Below are positions 48,038 through 57,390 of a stretch of DNA of 64,000 nt, in pieces. Each line of letters starts with the position of its first letter. The first letter of the stretch is position 1. The position numbers and the translations under genes are program-made. Under the pieces are notes generated by a model. That model searched no databases. It worked only from the letters and a program-made list of their open reading frames with translations, and was not told the DNA's origin. Source of the stretch: Escherichia phage vB_EcoM_FJ1; sequence record MZ170040.1; one strand, 5' to 3'.

Positions 48038-48631
48038 TTATTTCAGAGAATTAATGTATTCCTGAACATCGGCAGAGGTAGTTTCAACCCCAGAAATATT
48101 ACCATTAAAGGTTTCAACTCGAGCAAGAGTATCTTCAATATCAACCTTAGTCAGTGCTGCAATTTCAACTACATCATCAGCAGTACTAATTCCAAGGGCA
48201 TTTGCTGCACGAGTTTCACGGATATATTCCAATTTAACCGCAAGTTCTTGGCGTGCATCATCTAACTCAACTACTTTCTTGGCGATTTCAATTCGCATTT
48301 CAGCATAACCATCAGCTTTAGTAGTCAACTGCTCAGCTGTTCGACGATATAGCAAGCCGAGTTTAGCATGCATTGTTACATCTTGACCTTCGGAAAGAAG
48401 CTTGCGAATTTCACGCTCTTTTGATTCGGCCTGCTTATTCTTTTCGACAATAAGTTCACGAATACGCTTTTCTTCATTAATAGATTTAACAGAAGCAGTT
48501 TTTAGGTCTTTAATTTTATCAAGCAGTTTTGCTGCTGCGGCAGTATACTGTTCTTCAACAGATAGATTTTTAGCCATAGCAGAACCAAGTTTAGTGCGAA
48601 TAAACTCAACAATTTTCTTCAGTGTGTTCAT
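48038..48631 (-). CDS. hypothetical coiled-coil protein
   Basis: 197 aa, strongly helical and charged. Confidence 0.5.
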
Positions 48632-48706
48632 AGTAGTTCCTTAGGTTGATTAAGATTTAAAATCCATGAGAGTATTATACCCTGTTATTTGAGGGATGTA
48701 AACATT

Positions 48707-49105
48707 TTATTTCATTTTTGCGAGGCAGATTTCATTGGCTTCCCATTGAGCTTGCTTAATAATAGCTTTGGATACAGGAACCTTTTGACCATAAGTTTTT
48801 GACGTTGAGAGAACAATATATTTGTTTGCCTCATTATGCCAACCCCATGATTTTTCGCCATGAGTACCTTTAATTACGGCCGACACTTCAACAGAGCATC
48901 CATCAGAACTAATCTTGGTGTCTACAATCCATTCATTTCTCTCGACAGCTTCATTTTCCGATCTCATTTTTTCTTCATACACGGCGGCCCAATCAGTTTT
49001 TGTCAAGCTTAAACTAAGAGCTTTCTCTAATTCTTTGGCAGCCTTTTGTTGTTCGGGTGTTAATGAATTATATAACTCTCGCATTTCTTTATCTTCAATA
49101 TTCAT
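48707..49105 (-). CDS. hypothetical protein
   Basis: 132-aa ORF. Confidence 0.45.
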   Translation of the reverse strand: MNIEDKEMRELYNSLTPEQQKAAKELEKALSLSLTKTDWAAVYEEKMRSENEAVERNEWIVDTKISSDGCSVEVSAVIKGTHGEKSWGWHNEANKYIVLSTSKTYGQKVPVSKAIIKQAQWEANEICLAKMK

Positions 49106-49162
49106 TATGTTCTCCTCAAGTTATAGGCTCATAATATCTCAATCATGAGCCTGTGTACACAA

Positions 49163-49438
49163 TTATTTCATATTATTGAAATATTCTTCTGCGATTTCGT
49201 CGTTATCATGGTAAACTTTAGAAGACAGTTTAACATAACTTTCAGCAGTGAACATGTTAATCACAACCTTTACAGTATACCACTGACCATCTTCATTACC
49301 CATTACTGCGTAAGTTTCAAACATCGGATGGTCAGGACCGATAACTTTAATATCATTCACTGTACGACCAAAATCTTCTGAAACACATTTCATAAAGAAG
49401 TTGAACAGTTCACCGTAATTATCCATTTCATTCTCCAA
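49163..49438 (-). CDS. hypothetical acidic protein
   Basis: 91-aa ORF directly downstream of an early promoter. Confidence 0.45.
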   Translation of the reverse strand: MENEMDNYGELFNFFMKCVSEDFGRTVNDIKVIGPDHPMFETYAVMGNEDGQWYTVKVVINMFTAESYVKLSSKVYHDNDEIAEEYFNNMK

Positions 49439-49469
49439 GTTGTTTTCTGTATCAGTAGTTGATAGTTGT

Positions 49470-49499
49470 ATAGTACCATGGAAGAACAGAGATGTAAAC
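49470..49499 (-). promoter_or_regulatory. early promoter (GTTTAC family)
   Basis: GTTTAC at 49499-49494, TACTAT at 49475-49470. Confidence 0.6.
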
Positions 49500-49637
49500 A
49501 GTTTTGTGAAAAAATTTTTAAAAAGTTTTAGGGAATTCTAGGGCAGGGAGGGGAAATCAAAGGATAGGATAATATATTATAAAGGGTATAAACTAAATGA
49601 TGCCTAGAGAGGCCCGGAAAGGCCTAGATACCAAAAA

Positions 49638-49659
49638 GCCCCAACCTTTTGGTCGGGGC
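49638..49659 (-). terminator. hairpin terminator (copy 1 of a duplicated 31-bp element)
   Basis: GCCCCAACC-TTTT-GGTCGGGGC preceded by AAAAA; near-identical copy at 50194-50215. Confidence 0.55.
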
Positions 49660-49667
49660 TAAGAATG

Positions 49668-49937
49668 TTATTTGATTTGTTTAGCAGACCAAATGCGATC
49701 TTTAATAATTTTTTGGATGTCTTCAACATACTCTAGGTCATGAGCATGTGGATTATCTTTGAAACTATGAGCTCGCGCAAGTTTCTGGCCTTCGGTCTTA
49801 ATTATCAAAAGTTCTTTAAGAATTGCTTCATACCTAGAGATAATTCCTTTAGCAATATTTTTTTTCTTGTGCTGCTTTAGGGTCAGCCTTAGGAGCAGGT
49901 TTACCTGAAGCCTTTGCAAAAGCAGCTCCAGTAGCAA
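49668..49937 (-). CDS. hypothetical protein (uncertain)
   Basis: 89-aa ORF overlapping the upstream gene by 89 nt. Confidence 0.3.
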   Translation of the reverse strand: MLLELLLQRLQVNLLLRLTLKQHKKKNIAKGIISRYEAILKELLIIKTEGQKLARAHSFKDNPHAHDLEYVEDIQKIIKDRIWSAKQIK

Positions 49938-50142
49938 CTAAACTTTTCCAGGCCATACTAACTGCATTTCCCGTAAATCCTTCCGCTTTCATGTCGCGTG
50001 CGAACTGGAATCGCGATTCATCGGAAGCATCTTTATAGGAATATTTACCCGCGGCAATGGCTGCTTTTGCGACAGCTTGAATTTCGGTGCTAGATGCTTC
50101 ATTTAACACCGCTTCATTTAAAAATTGAGCATATGATTTCAT
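49849..50142 (-). CDS. internal-protein-like protein with CTS-like N-terminus
   Basis: 97 aa beginning MKSYAQFLNEA (CTS-like M-K-[ST]-[YF]-x-[EQ]-F-[IL]-x-E-A), Ala/Lys-rich; late promoter TATAAATA 37 nt upstream. Confidence 0.55.
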   Translation of the reverse strand: MKSYAQFLNEAVLNEASSTEIQAVAKAAIAAGKYSYKDASDESRFQFARDMKAEGFTGNAVSMAWKSLVATGAAFAKASGKPAPKADPKAAQEKKYC

Positions 50143-50178
50143 CTTATTTCCTGTTTTAATTCGTGGTTTTAATATACT

Positions 50179-50186
50179 TATTTATA
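50179..50186 (-). promoter_or_regulatory. late promoter (TATAAATA)
   Basis: Minus-strand TATAAATA at 50186-50179. Confidence 0.5.
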
Positions 50187-50193
50187 CTAAAAA

Positions 50194-50215
50194 GCCCCAA
50201 CCTTTCGGTCGGGGC
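50194..50215 (-). terminator. hairpin terminator (copy 2)
   Basis: GCCCCAACC-TTTC-GGTCGGGGC; ends the stable-RNA/tRNA-Arg transcript region. Confidence 0.55.
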
Positions 50216-50530
50216 TAAGCCTTGCGGCAACCTTGTCGGGGTTCCACCTGCTAAGGCAAGTGTTTGTACGAAACGCCGGGACTTGAACCCGGTTATTAAG
50301 TAGTTGACGCTACTCAATATTTTTAAAAGGCCATATCTCGACCATATCCGAACGTTCCGTCAAAAACGCTACTCGGCTTACGGCAAAGATATTTCCTCGA
50401 ATCGATAATTCGGTGCGCCGTTTCTGCTGTGATGTAAGAGGGCATCAATAAACGCAAAGATTATTAACGCAATTCCTTACTCAGGGAGCATCAGTCCGAC
50501 GACTTACCGGTAGCGACCCGGTTTCTTGTC
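50216..50530 (-). ncRNA. stable small RNA region downstream of tRNA-Arg (T4 rnaC/rnaD-like), including a tRNA-like element
   Basis: About 315 nt with no ORF between tRNA-Arg and a terminator; minus strand 50359-50266 has a 7-bp acceptor-like stem (CGGAACG/CGTTTCG) and T-arm CCGGG-TTCAAGT-CCCGG but no canonical anticodon arm. Confidence 0.4.
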
Positions 50531-50607
<77 letters not shown>

Positions 50608-50610
50608 TAG

Positions 50611-51276
50611 TTAAAATTTCATTTTTCGACCTTTAAACCATCCTTCTGGAATTGGGTCAGTTTTCTTAATACGTTTAGAAACTTTTTCATCTAATGAATG
50701 AATCCACATCATACCAAATTGGGAATTCTTTTCACCTTTTTGGTGATTATTTTTAGCATGAATTTCTTTCATTTTATTAATAGTTTCAAGAGTATGATGC
50801 TTATTTAAAAATCGGCTATTATTTAAAAATTTTTCTTTGTATTCAGGAGTTGACCACAAACGGTTAAATACATTTGAACCATTTTTACGATATTTTTCTT
50901 GAAGTAAAATATCATTTTTAAAACGTGACTTAAACGATTTAGCTCCTTTTAAACTAGCGTCTTTCTTCTGATTTAGCATCTCAGGAATATTTATATGATC
51001 CCATCCACCTTCACCGCCAAGTTTTAAATTATACACATCAGGTCTATTTAAAAACTCTTCTGTGACAATATTTTTCTCGGCTTCAAGCATAGATTCTTTA
51101 TCATCAAAATACTCTAATATTTCTTTAGAAAAATTTTCTATGCCATACTTATCTTGGGCTCTTTTTAATAATTTACCAGAACCCATATATCCATCATCTA
51201 AATTTTCGGTAGAATGCACACCAATATAAATTTTATTATTAATTTTATTTGTTATTTTATAAAGATAAAAATGCAT
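50611..51276 (-). CDS. segB: GIY-YIG homing endonuclease SegB-like
   Basis: ATG at 51276 gives 222 aa beginning MHFYLYKITNKINNKIYIGV (GIY...YIG); lies inside the tRNA cluster as T4 segB does; the longer track ORF would overlap tRNA-Tyr. Confidence 0.7.
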   Translation of the reverse strand: MHFYLYKITNKINNKIYIGVHSTENLDDGYMGSGKLLKRAQDKYGIENFSKEILEYFDDKESMLEAEKNIVTEEFLNRPDVYNLKLGGEGGWDHINIPEMLNQKKDASLKGAKSFKSRFKNDILLQEKYRKNGSNVFNRLWSTPEYKEKFLNNSRFLNKHHTLETINKMKEIHAKNNHQKGEKNSQFGMMWIHSLDEKVSKRIKKTDPIPEGWFKGRKMKF

Positions 51277-51322
51277 ATCAGTCCCTAATAAAGAACTGAG
51301 CGTCTCACGACGAGTCATAAAT

Positions 51323-51409
51323 TGGTGGGGAGTGGTGGAGTCGAACCACCCGAGTCGCAATGACAATGGATTTACAGTCCACACCGCTACCTCTACGGGA
51401 TAACTCCCC
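51323..51409 (-). tRNA. type-II tRNA, anticodon GUA (tRNA-Tyr)
   Basis: Manual fold: acceptor GGGGAGT/ACTCCCC, anticodon loop CTGTAAA, long variable arm, T-arm GGTGG-TTCGACT-CCACC, CCA encoded; resembles E. coli tRNA-Tyr (GACUGUAAAUC, GUCAU). Confidence 0.65.
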
Positions 51410-51418
51410 TAATTAATT

Positions 51419-51495
51419 TGGTGACCCAGACCAGATTTGAACTGGTAACCTTTCCCTTATGAGGGGACTGCTGCTAACCATTGAGCTACAGGGCC
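51419..51495 (-). tRNA. tRNA with CAU anticodon (Ile lysidine-type, or Met)
   Basis: Acceptor GGCCCTG/CTGGGTC with one U-U mismatch, anticodon loop CTCATAA, T-loop TTCAAAT, CCA encoded; same position as T4 tRNA-Ile. Confidence 0.6.
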
Positions 51496-51496
51496 T

Positions 51497-51572
51497 TGGT
51501 GCTGATTGACGGAATCGAACCGCCGACCTTCTCATTACAAGTGAGTTGCTCTACCTACTGAGCTAAATCAGC
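51497..51572 (-). tRNA. tRNA-Thr (UGU)
   Basis: GCTGATTTAGCTCAGTAGGTAGAGC...CTTGTAAT...GGTTCGATTCC...AATCAGCACCA; canonical cloverleaf. Confidence 0.85.
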
Positions 51573-51574
51573 AA

Positions 51575-51661
51575 CGGAGGCGATAGGATTTGAACCTATG
51601 AGTCGCCGGAGCGACTGCCGGTTTTCAAGACCGGTGCATTAAACCACTCTGCCACGCCTCC
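51575..51661 (-). tRNA. tRNA-Ser (UGA), type II
   Basis: GGAGGCGTGGCAGAGTGGTTTAATGCACCGGTCTTGAAAACCGG... with long variable arm; matches T4 tRNA-Ser as recalled. Confidence 0.9.
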
Positions 51662-51663
51662 AG

Positions 51664-51737
51664 TCTCCGTGGCAGGATTTGAACCTACGACATTCTGCTC
51701 CCAAAGCAGACGCTCTACCAAACTGAGCTACACGGAG
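51664..51737 (-). tRNA. tRNA-Pro (UGG)
   Basis: Acceptor CTCCGTG/CACGGAG, anticodon loop TTTGGGA, T-loop TTCAAAT. Confidence 0.85.
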
Positions 51738-51747
51738 TAAATTAAAT

Positions 51748-51821
<74 letters not shown>

Positions 51822-51826
51822 AAATT

Positions 51827-51913
51827 TGGTGCGAGAAGTGGGACTCGAACCCACATGGAAATCATTCCGCAGCATTTTAAGTGCTGTGCCTTTACCAATT
51901 TGACCATTCTCGC
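51827..51913 (-). tRNA. tRNA-Leu (UAA), type II
   Basis: GCGAGAATGGTCAAATTGGTAAAGGCACAGCACTTAAAATGCTGC... with long variable arm; matches T4 tRNA-Leu as recalled. Confidence 0.9.
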
Positions 51914-51914
51914 G

Positions 51915-51987
51915 CTGGGAATAAAGGACTCGAACCTTTGCATCCTGGAATCAAAATCCAGTGCCTTACCAACTTGGCTAATTCCCA
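51915..51987 (-). tRNA. tRNA-Gln (UUG)
   Basis: Acceptor TGGGAAT/ATTCCCA, anticodon loop TTTGATT, T-loop TTCGAGT; abuts tRNA-Leu. Confidence 0.85.
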
Positions 51988-52084
51988 ATTATTAACAAAG
52001 GCTCTCTAACAAGAACCCTTGATGATAGAGGGTATTAATCAGTGCGGTATGAGTTAATAATAACAAATAATTCTTAAAGCATAT

Positions 52085-52378
52085 TTACCATTTATGATGA
52101 TACATACTTACGATGCATTCAAGACCCAAAGGATTCTTGAAAATATCATATTCAAGAGGACCTTTTTCCGTTTCAATAAAGAAATCAAAATTTACTGTAT
52201 TAAATTTACGGTCTTCCTTCACTAATTTAACCTGAGAAGATGAACGGTCAATGTAAACCTTTTCAACTTCAAAACATGTTAAAATGCCATAATCATCAAT
52301 CAAGGCTTTAGCCGCGTCTTGATCATATTTATATCCATTTTCAATGGACGATACTTTCGCATAAAGAATCATTATCAA
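52085..52378 (-). CDS. hypothetical protein
   Basis: 97-aa ORF. Confidence 0.45.
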   Translation of the reverse strand: MIMILYAKVSSIENGYKYDQDAAKALIDDYGILTCFEVEKVYIDRSSSQVKLVKEDRKFNTVNFDFFIETEKGPLEYDIFKNPLGLECIVSMYHHKW

Positions 52379-52755
52379 CCTTCATCAACAATAGTATGAG
52401 TGTGGGCATTTACAATTTGCCACCAATCAAAGCGATTAGAACCATACATTGGTTTGTTCTCATTTTCTTTGATAATGTCACGGAGTTCATCTTCGGTAGC
52501 GGCTTTCGCGATTAAATCAGCATATCCACCGCGAGGATAATAATTATCACCTGCAAAAAGTAAAAAGTTCGGTTTAATATTATTGAACTCTTCAAGAGTA
52601 ATAACTTTTCCTGTCGGTTGAACAATCTCTACATATTTATATCCTAATTTTTGAGCAGCATCTACTGCTTCAAGCAAAGTATCATGAGCCCATCCAATTT
52701 GACAACCTGGCTTTTCAGATGGATTAGCCTGATAATCCGCGTACACTTTATACAT
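52375..52755 (-). CDS. hypothetical protein
   Basis: ATG at 52755 (MYKVYADYQANP...), 126 aa. Confidence 0.45.
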   Translation of the reverse strand: MYKVYADYQANPSEKPGCQIGWAHDTLLEAVDAAQKLGYKYVEIVQPTGKVITLEEFNNIKPNFLLFAGDNYYPRGGYADLIAKAATEDELRDIIKENENKPMYGSNRFDWWQIVNAHTHTIVDEG

Positions 52756-52756
52756 T

Positions 52757-52942
52757 CTATTCACCTTTAGAAATTTTATCCATAACGATAGCAATTAAAC
52801 CAATTAAAAATGCTACTACAAGTGAAAACACATTTTCTGCTGTAGTCAATAATCCGCATATAAATCCAACAAACATTGAAAAACTAAAAGCAGAAGCAGA
52901 AATTGCAATAGCAACATTTCGAATTAATTCACAACGTTTCAT
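52757..52942 (-). CDS. small membrane protein
   Basis: 61 aa, two hydrophobic segments; directly downstream of an early promoter. Confidence 0.45.
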   Translation of the reverse strand: MKRCELIRNVAIAISASAFSFSMFVGFICGLLTTAENVFSLVVAFLIGLIAIVMDKISKGE

Positions 52943-52970
52943 TTTATTCTCCTCGGTAGTTGATAGGGTA

Positions 52971-53000
52971 ATAGTATCACAACTAAAACCCTATGTAAAC
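52971..53000 (-). promoter_or_regulatory. early promoter (GTTTAC family)
   Basis: GTTTAC at 53000-52995, TACTAT at 52976-52971. Confidence 0.55.
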
Positions 53001-53018
53001 AACTTTGTGAAATATTTA

Positions 53019-53306
53019 TTACAAAAGATTTTTAGCAATAATCTTGAGATGTGCCGCAGAAATGTGTTTAGCTTTAAACAACGCAGTTTCTTCAGCAGGA
53101 GAGATAACGATTGTAGCACCATCCTTTTTAGCAGACCACCCATCACCTAGGTAAACAGTACCTTTGATTTCTTCGCCATCAACCAGACTAATCATTGGTT
53201 TACCTTCTCGTCCTTTATTTGCTTTAATAACTTCAGAAGTAAGAGTAGCCTCGGTAATGGTAGAAACCGGGGTAGTTGTAGAAGTAAATTCTTTAAATGT
53301 TTTCAT
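53019..53306 (-). CDS. internal protein I-like (CTS-bearing) at the ipI locus
   Basis: 95 aa beginning MKTFKEF (CTS-like), Lys/Ala-rich; sits between the tRNA region and 57B where T4 has ipI; same length as T4 IPI. Confidence 0.6.
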   Translation of the reverse strand: MKTFKEFTSTTTPVSTITEATLTSEVIKANKGREGKPMISLVDGEEIKGTVYLGDGWSAKKDGATIVISPAEETALFKAKHISAAHLKIIAKNLL

Positions 53307-53336
53307 TTTATTTTCCTAATTAATTTTGATGAGGTA

Positions 53337-53366
53337 ATAGTATCACTACCTCATCAACGTGTAAAC
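53337..53366 (-). promoter_or_regulatory. early promoter (GTTTAC family)
   Basis: GTTTAC at 53366-53361, TACTAT at 53342-53337. Confidence 0.55.
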
Positions 53367-53378
53367 AACTTTGTGAAA

Positions 53379-54075
<697 letters not shown>

Positions 54076-54076
<1 letters not shown>

Positions 54077-54789
54077 TATAGTACCTTTAGTGTATTTTTA
54101 ATTTTAGAAAAAAGTTCTTCAAGAGAACCATCGTTTGTAATTACTAAATCGCCATCACGAATTGGCAATCCAGCTTCTGTAATATGAGTATCATTGGATT
54201 TTTGACCAGGACGAACTACATGAATTACTGTAGCACCCATCGCCCTAGCCGCATCCATTTCATGATCTTGACGAGTATCAGGAACGATATAATAATCATA
54301 ACCTGAGTTAAATTTATCAAGATAATCTAAAGCAAATAATTTTACCCAATACATGCGGTCGAAGTTATTAACAATCAAATCCGTACCTAGGGCTTGCATC
54401 AGACGACGGACTGACCATTGATCTTCAATATTATTTATAACGTCAGCAATCTTGTTAAATGCTACGAAATTAACTGCGTCATCAAAAACAAACACACCCT
54501 TAATTGGGCTTTTACCGTTAAGATAGCAAAATGCTTGTTCCATAATCGTGATTACTTCTGATTTAGTCAGATTTAAATTAGTCTCACGATCATAGTCAAT
54601 TCCTTCAAACTCTTTACGAGTTAAGCAAGGATAGTCAGTGTTTTCTGCAAATACGCCCCATGCATAAGCCAATGCATCCTTAATAGGACCAGCAAGTTGG
54701 TATTTAACTGCAGAATAATTGCTCATGATAAAATCAGCAGTAGTATCTTTTCCACTACGCTTTACACCGCTTAAAAAGATTAGTTTCAT
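54076..54789 (-). CDS. 1: deoxynucleoside monophosphate kinase
   Basis: ATG at 54789 (MKLIFLSGVKRSGKDTTADF, P-loop) with AGGAGA upstream; 237 aa. Confidence 0.85.
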
Positions 54790-54838
54790 GTGTTTCTCCT
54801 CAAATTTAATTAAAATTATAACACACAAAACTGAAGCA

Positions 54839-55369
54839 TTAAACTTCTGCTATAATTTTTCCATCTTTTTCTACTTGAAAATAGGTGTAAGGAATCGTTG
54901 CAGTGCATACTAAAGCCGGGTCTGAATCTTCTGTGTAGCTAAATTCTACTTCAGATAGGTCAGAAACCCAAGGCTTATAAAAATTTATTGACATCACGAT
55001 TTCAGTTTTGCTATTATCTAAGATGTAAAGCGTAATGTACTCAGGACCTGTTTTTTGGGCAGTATTTTCACCTGTAAGATAGTTGCTCGTTCCTAGCATC
55101 CATTCATACATTCCTATCCACGACTTAAGTTCTTCATCAACTATAAATCTCACAATGAGTGGATCATACTCAAATGTAACGCCTGGACGTTGTGCTCGGC
55201 CTAGTCCAAACGGCCCAGTCACGGTATCAGTAACAGGTATTCTAATTCCTGGAATAGGAACTGACTGAGCATTTAAAGTAAAAGCAGATGTAGTATTACT
55301 ATGTGGTATTGATACTACAAAGTTAGTTGTATTTGCTTGGTTAAAAATTTGTTGTAGAGCTTGCGACAT
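54839..55369 (-). CDS. 3: tail completion/sheath stabiliser gp3
   Basis: ATG at 55369 gives 176 aa, the T4 gp3 length; position between gene 2 and gene 1. Confidence 0.75.
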   Translation of the reverse strand: MSQALQQIFNQANTTNFVVSIPHSNTTSAFTLNAQSVPIPGIRIPVTDTVTGPFGLGRAQRPGVTFEYDPLIVRFIVDEELKSWIGMYEWMLGTSNYLTGENTAQKTGPEYITLYILDNSKTEIVMSINFYKPWVSDLSEVEFSYTEDSDPALVCTATIPYTYFQVEKDGKIIAEV

Positions 55370-55475
55370 ATATTCCTCATAATGCTTTATAACTGTTGGT
55401 GGTATAATGGGTCTAAATCCCTTCCATTCAATTCCATTTAGAACAAACAACAGAAAAGAATGGAAGATAATAGAA

Positions 55476-56300
55476 TTAGATATTTGACCAGACTTTGTTT
55501 GCAGAGAAACGTTTTCCTTTTGAAACGAACTGCTGAAGTGGCATCAACACAACGTTCGCCCAGTCTTTCGGGGCGATTTCAACAAGGCTACCCATAATAT
55601 TACCAGGTATATATGCCTTAATCATTTGGTCTGCACCCCTAAATCCTTTCACTTGACTCCAATCAATTTTTAATTTCGTTTTATTAGTAATAGTAGGTGT
55701 ATTTGCATATTGCTTTAAAAGCTCTTCTAGAAACTGTTGACGAGCTTTAGGTGGAATATAGTGCAAGTTCAATCCGTACATTAAATTATGCTTACCTAAA
55801 CCAAGGTAAATTATCAAAGGAAATTTATCCCAGTAAGGAAGAGTTTCCTTGTGTTTAGCATCATAAGCAAAAGCATATATTCGTCCCGGCTGCGGGCGAA
55901 CAACTTTATGTCCTTTTACTTGCTTAATAGTTTCAGCAAACCACTTTCTGGTTTTATTATTAATTGCTGCGCCTTCATTACGAATTTTATCACGCAATGT
56001 TTGCCTGAATGAATTTATCATAAGCAGTTGTCTTTCTTGCTTATTGAGTTTATTCATTGGTTTTGATTCAAGCTTTTGAATCTTTTCAGCTGTTTTAATT
56101 CCTGAAGCATATTTTGACATTGCCGAAGTAAACGTAGAGTATTTGATTCCTCTTTCTTCAGCAAATTGCTTTCCTGTCATTCCTTTTGCTTTGGCCTTTT
56201 TGTATTCAAGACCTATCTGAATCCATTTCTTTTCGTTTAATGATTGCTTAACCTTTGGAACTTGGGGAGTGCTTTCATTAATTATTTGAAAAATAGCCAT
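55476..56300 (-). CDS. 2: DNA end protector gp2
   Basis: 274-aa ORF, same size and position as T4 gp2. Confidence 0.8.
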
Positions 56301-56752
56301 TATGCCCCCTTAAAGCCAAGAGCTCGTAATCCATCTTCTGTTAGAATTCTAAATTTTATTCCACGCTTTTCAGCTAAAGCTTGCGCTGCTTTCCATTTGT
56401 CGGTATTAACGGAATATGTATAAATTTCATTCATAAATCTTTTCTTCGCTGCAGTTGTTAGATGTGCTGGTTTAACTGGTGGTTGTGTTTCTTTTTTAGG
56501 TTTTATTTCAATAAAAAATTCTTGTCCAGAAGAATCTTTCATCCAAATATCCATGAAGTATCTACGTTTTTTCCCTTCTGCATTACAAAAATAAGGAATT
56601 ACTGCTGTTTCACTACCCCATGCAATAATTTCTGGATTTTTATCTAACCATTCAAAAAAGAATTTTTCCCAATTTGATCTATACGTAATTTTTTTAGGGT
56701 CACCTCTATATTTTGATATATTTTTAGGAACCCATTTTCCAGAATATGCCAT
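56300..56752 (-). CDS. 4: head completion protein gp4
   Basis: 150-aa ORF, same size and position as T4 gp4; start overlaps the gp2 region. Confidence 0.8.
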
Positions 56753-56763
56753 TGGATTCTCCT

Positions 56764-56771
56764 TATAAATA
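56764..56771 (+). promoter_or_regulatory. late promoter (TATAAATA) for gene 53
   Basis: Plus-strand TATAAATA 29 nt upstream of the gp53 ATG. Confidence 0.6.
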
Positions 56772-56778
56772 GATAATA

Positions 56779-56786
56779 TATTTATA
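56779..56786 (-). promoter_or_regulatory. late promoter (TATAAATA) for the 4-2-3-1-57 unit
   Basis: Minus-strand TATAAATA 27 nt upstream of the gp4 ATG, divergent from the gene 53 promoter. Confidence 0.55.
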
Positions 56787-56799
56787 AACAGGAGGGCCC

Positions 56800-57390
56800 A
56801 TGCTCTTTACATTTTTTGATCCGATTGAATATGCGGCCAAAACGGTGAATAAAAACGCGCCGACTATTCCTATGACAGATATTTTTAGAAACTATAAAGA
56901 CTATTTCAAACGTGCTCTTGCGGGATACCGCTTACGTACTTATTATATTAAAGGTTCACCACGCCCGGAAGAATTAGCAAATGCTATATATGGAAATCCG
57001 CAGTTGTATTGGGTTTTATTGATGTGTAATGATAATTATGATCCGTATTATGGATGGATTACTTCGCAAGAAGCTGCTTATCAAGCATCTATACAAAAAT
57101 ACAAAAACGTAGGTGGAGACCAAATAGTATATCATGTGAATGAGAACGGTGAAAAATTTTATAATTTAATATCATACGATGATAATCCATATGTTTGGTA
57201 TGATAAAGGCGATAAAGCTAGAAAATATCCTCAATATGAAGGAGCGCTTGCTGCGGTCGATACGTATGAAGCGGCTGTTCTTGAAAATGAAAAACTTCGT
57301 CAAATAAAAATAATAGCAAAATCAGACATCAATTCATTTATGAACGACCTTATACGTATAATGGAGAAATCTTATGGAAATGATAAGTAA
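56800..57390 (+). CDS. 53: baseplate wedge protein gp53
   Basis: 196-aa ORF, the T4 gp53 length; first plus-strand gene, followed by gene 5. Confidence 0.85.
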   Translation: MLFTFFDPIEYAAKTVNKNAPTIPMTDIFRNYKDYFKRALAGYRLRTYYIKGSPRPEELANAIYGNPQLYWVLLMCNDNYDPYYGWITSQEAAYQASIQKYKNVGGDQIVYHVNENGEKFYNLISYDDNPYVWYDKGDKARKYPQYEGALAAVDTYEAAVLENEKLRQIKIIAKSDINSFMNDLIRIMEKSYGNDK

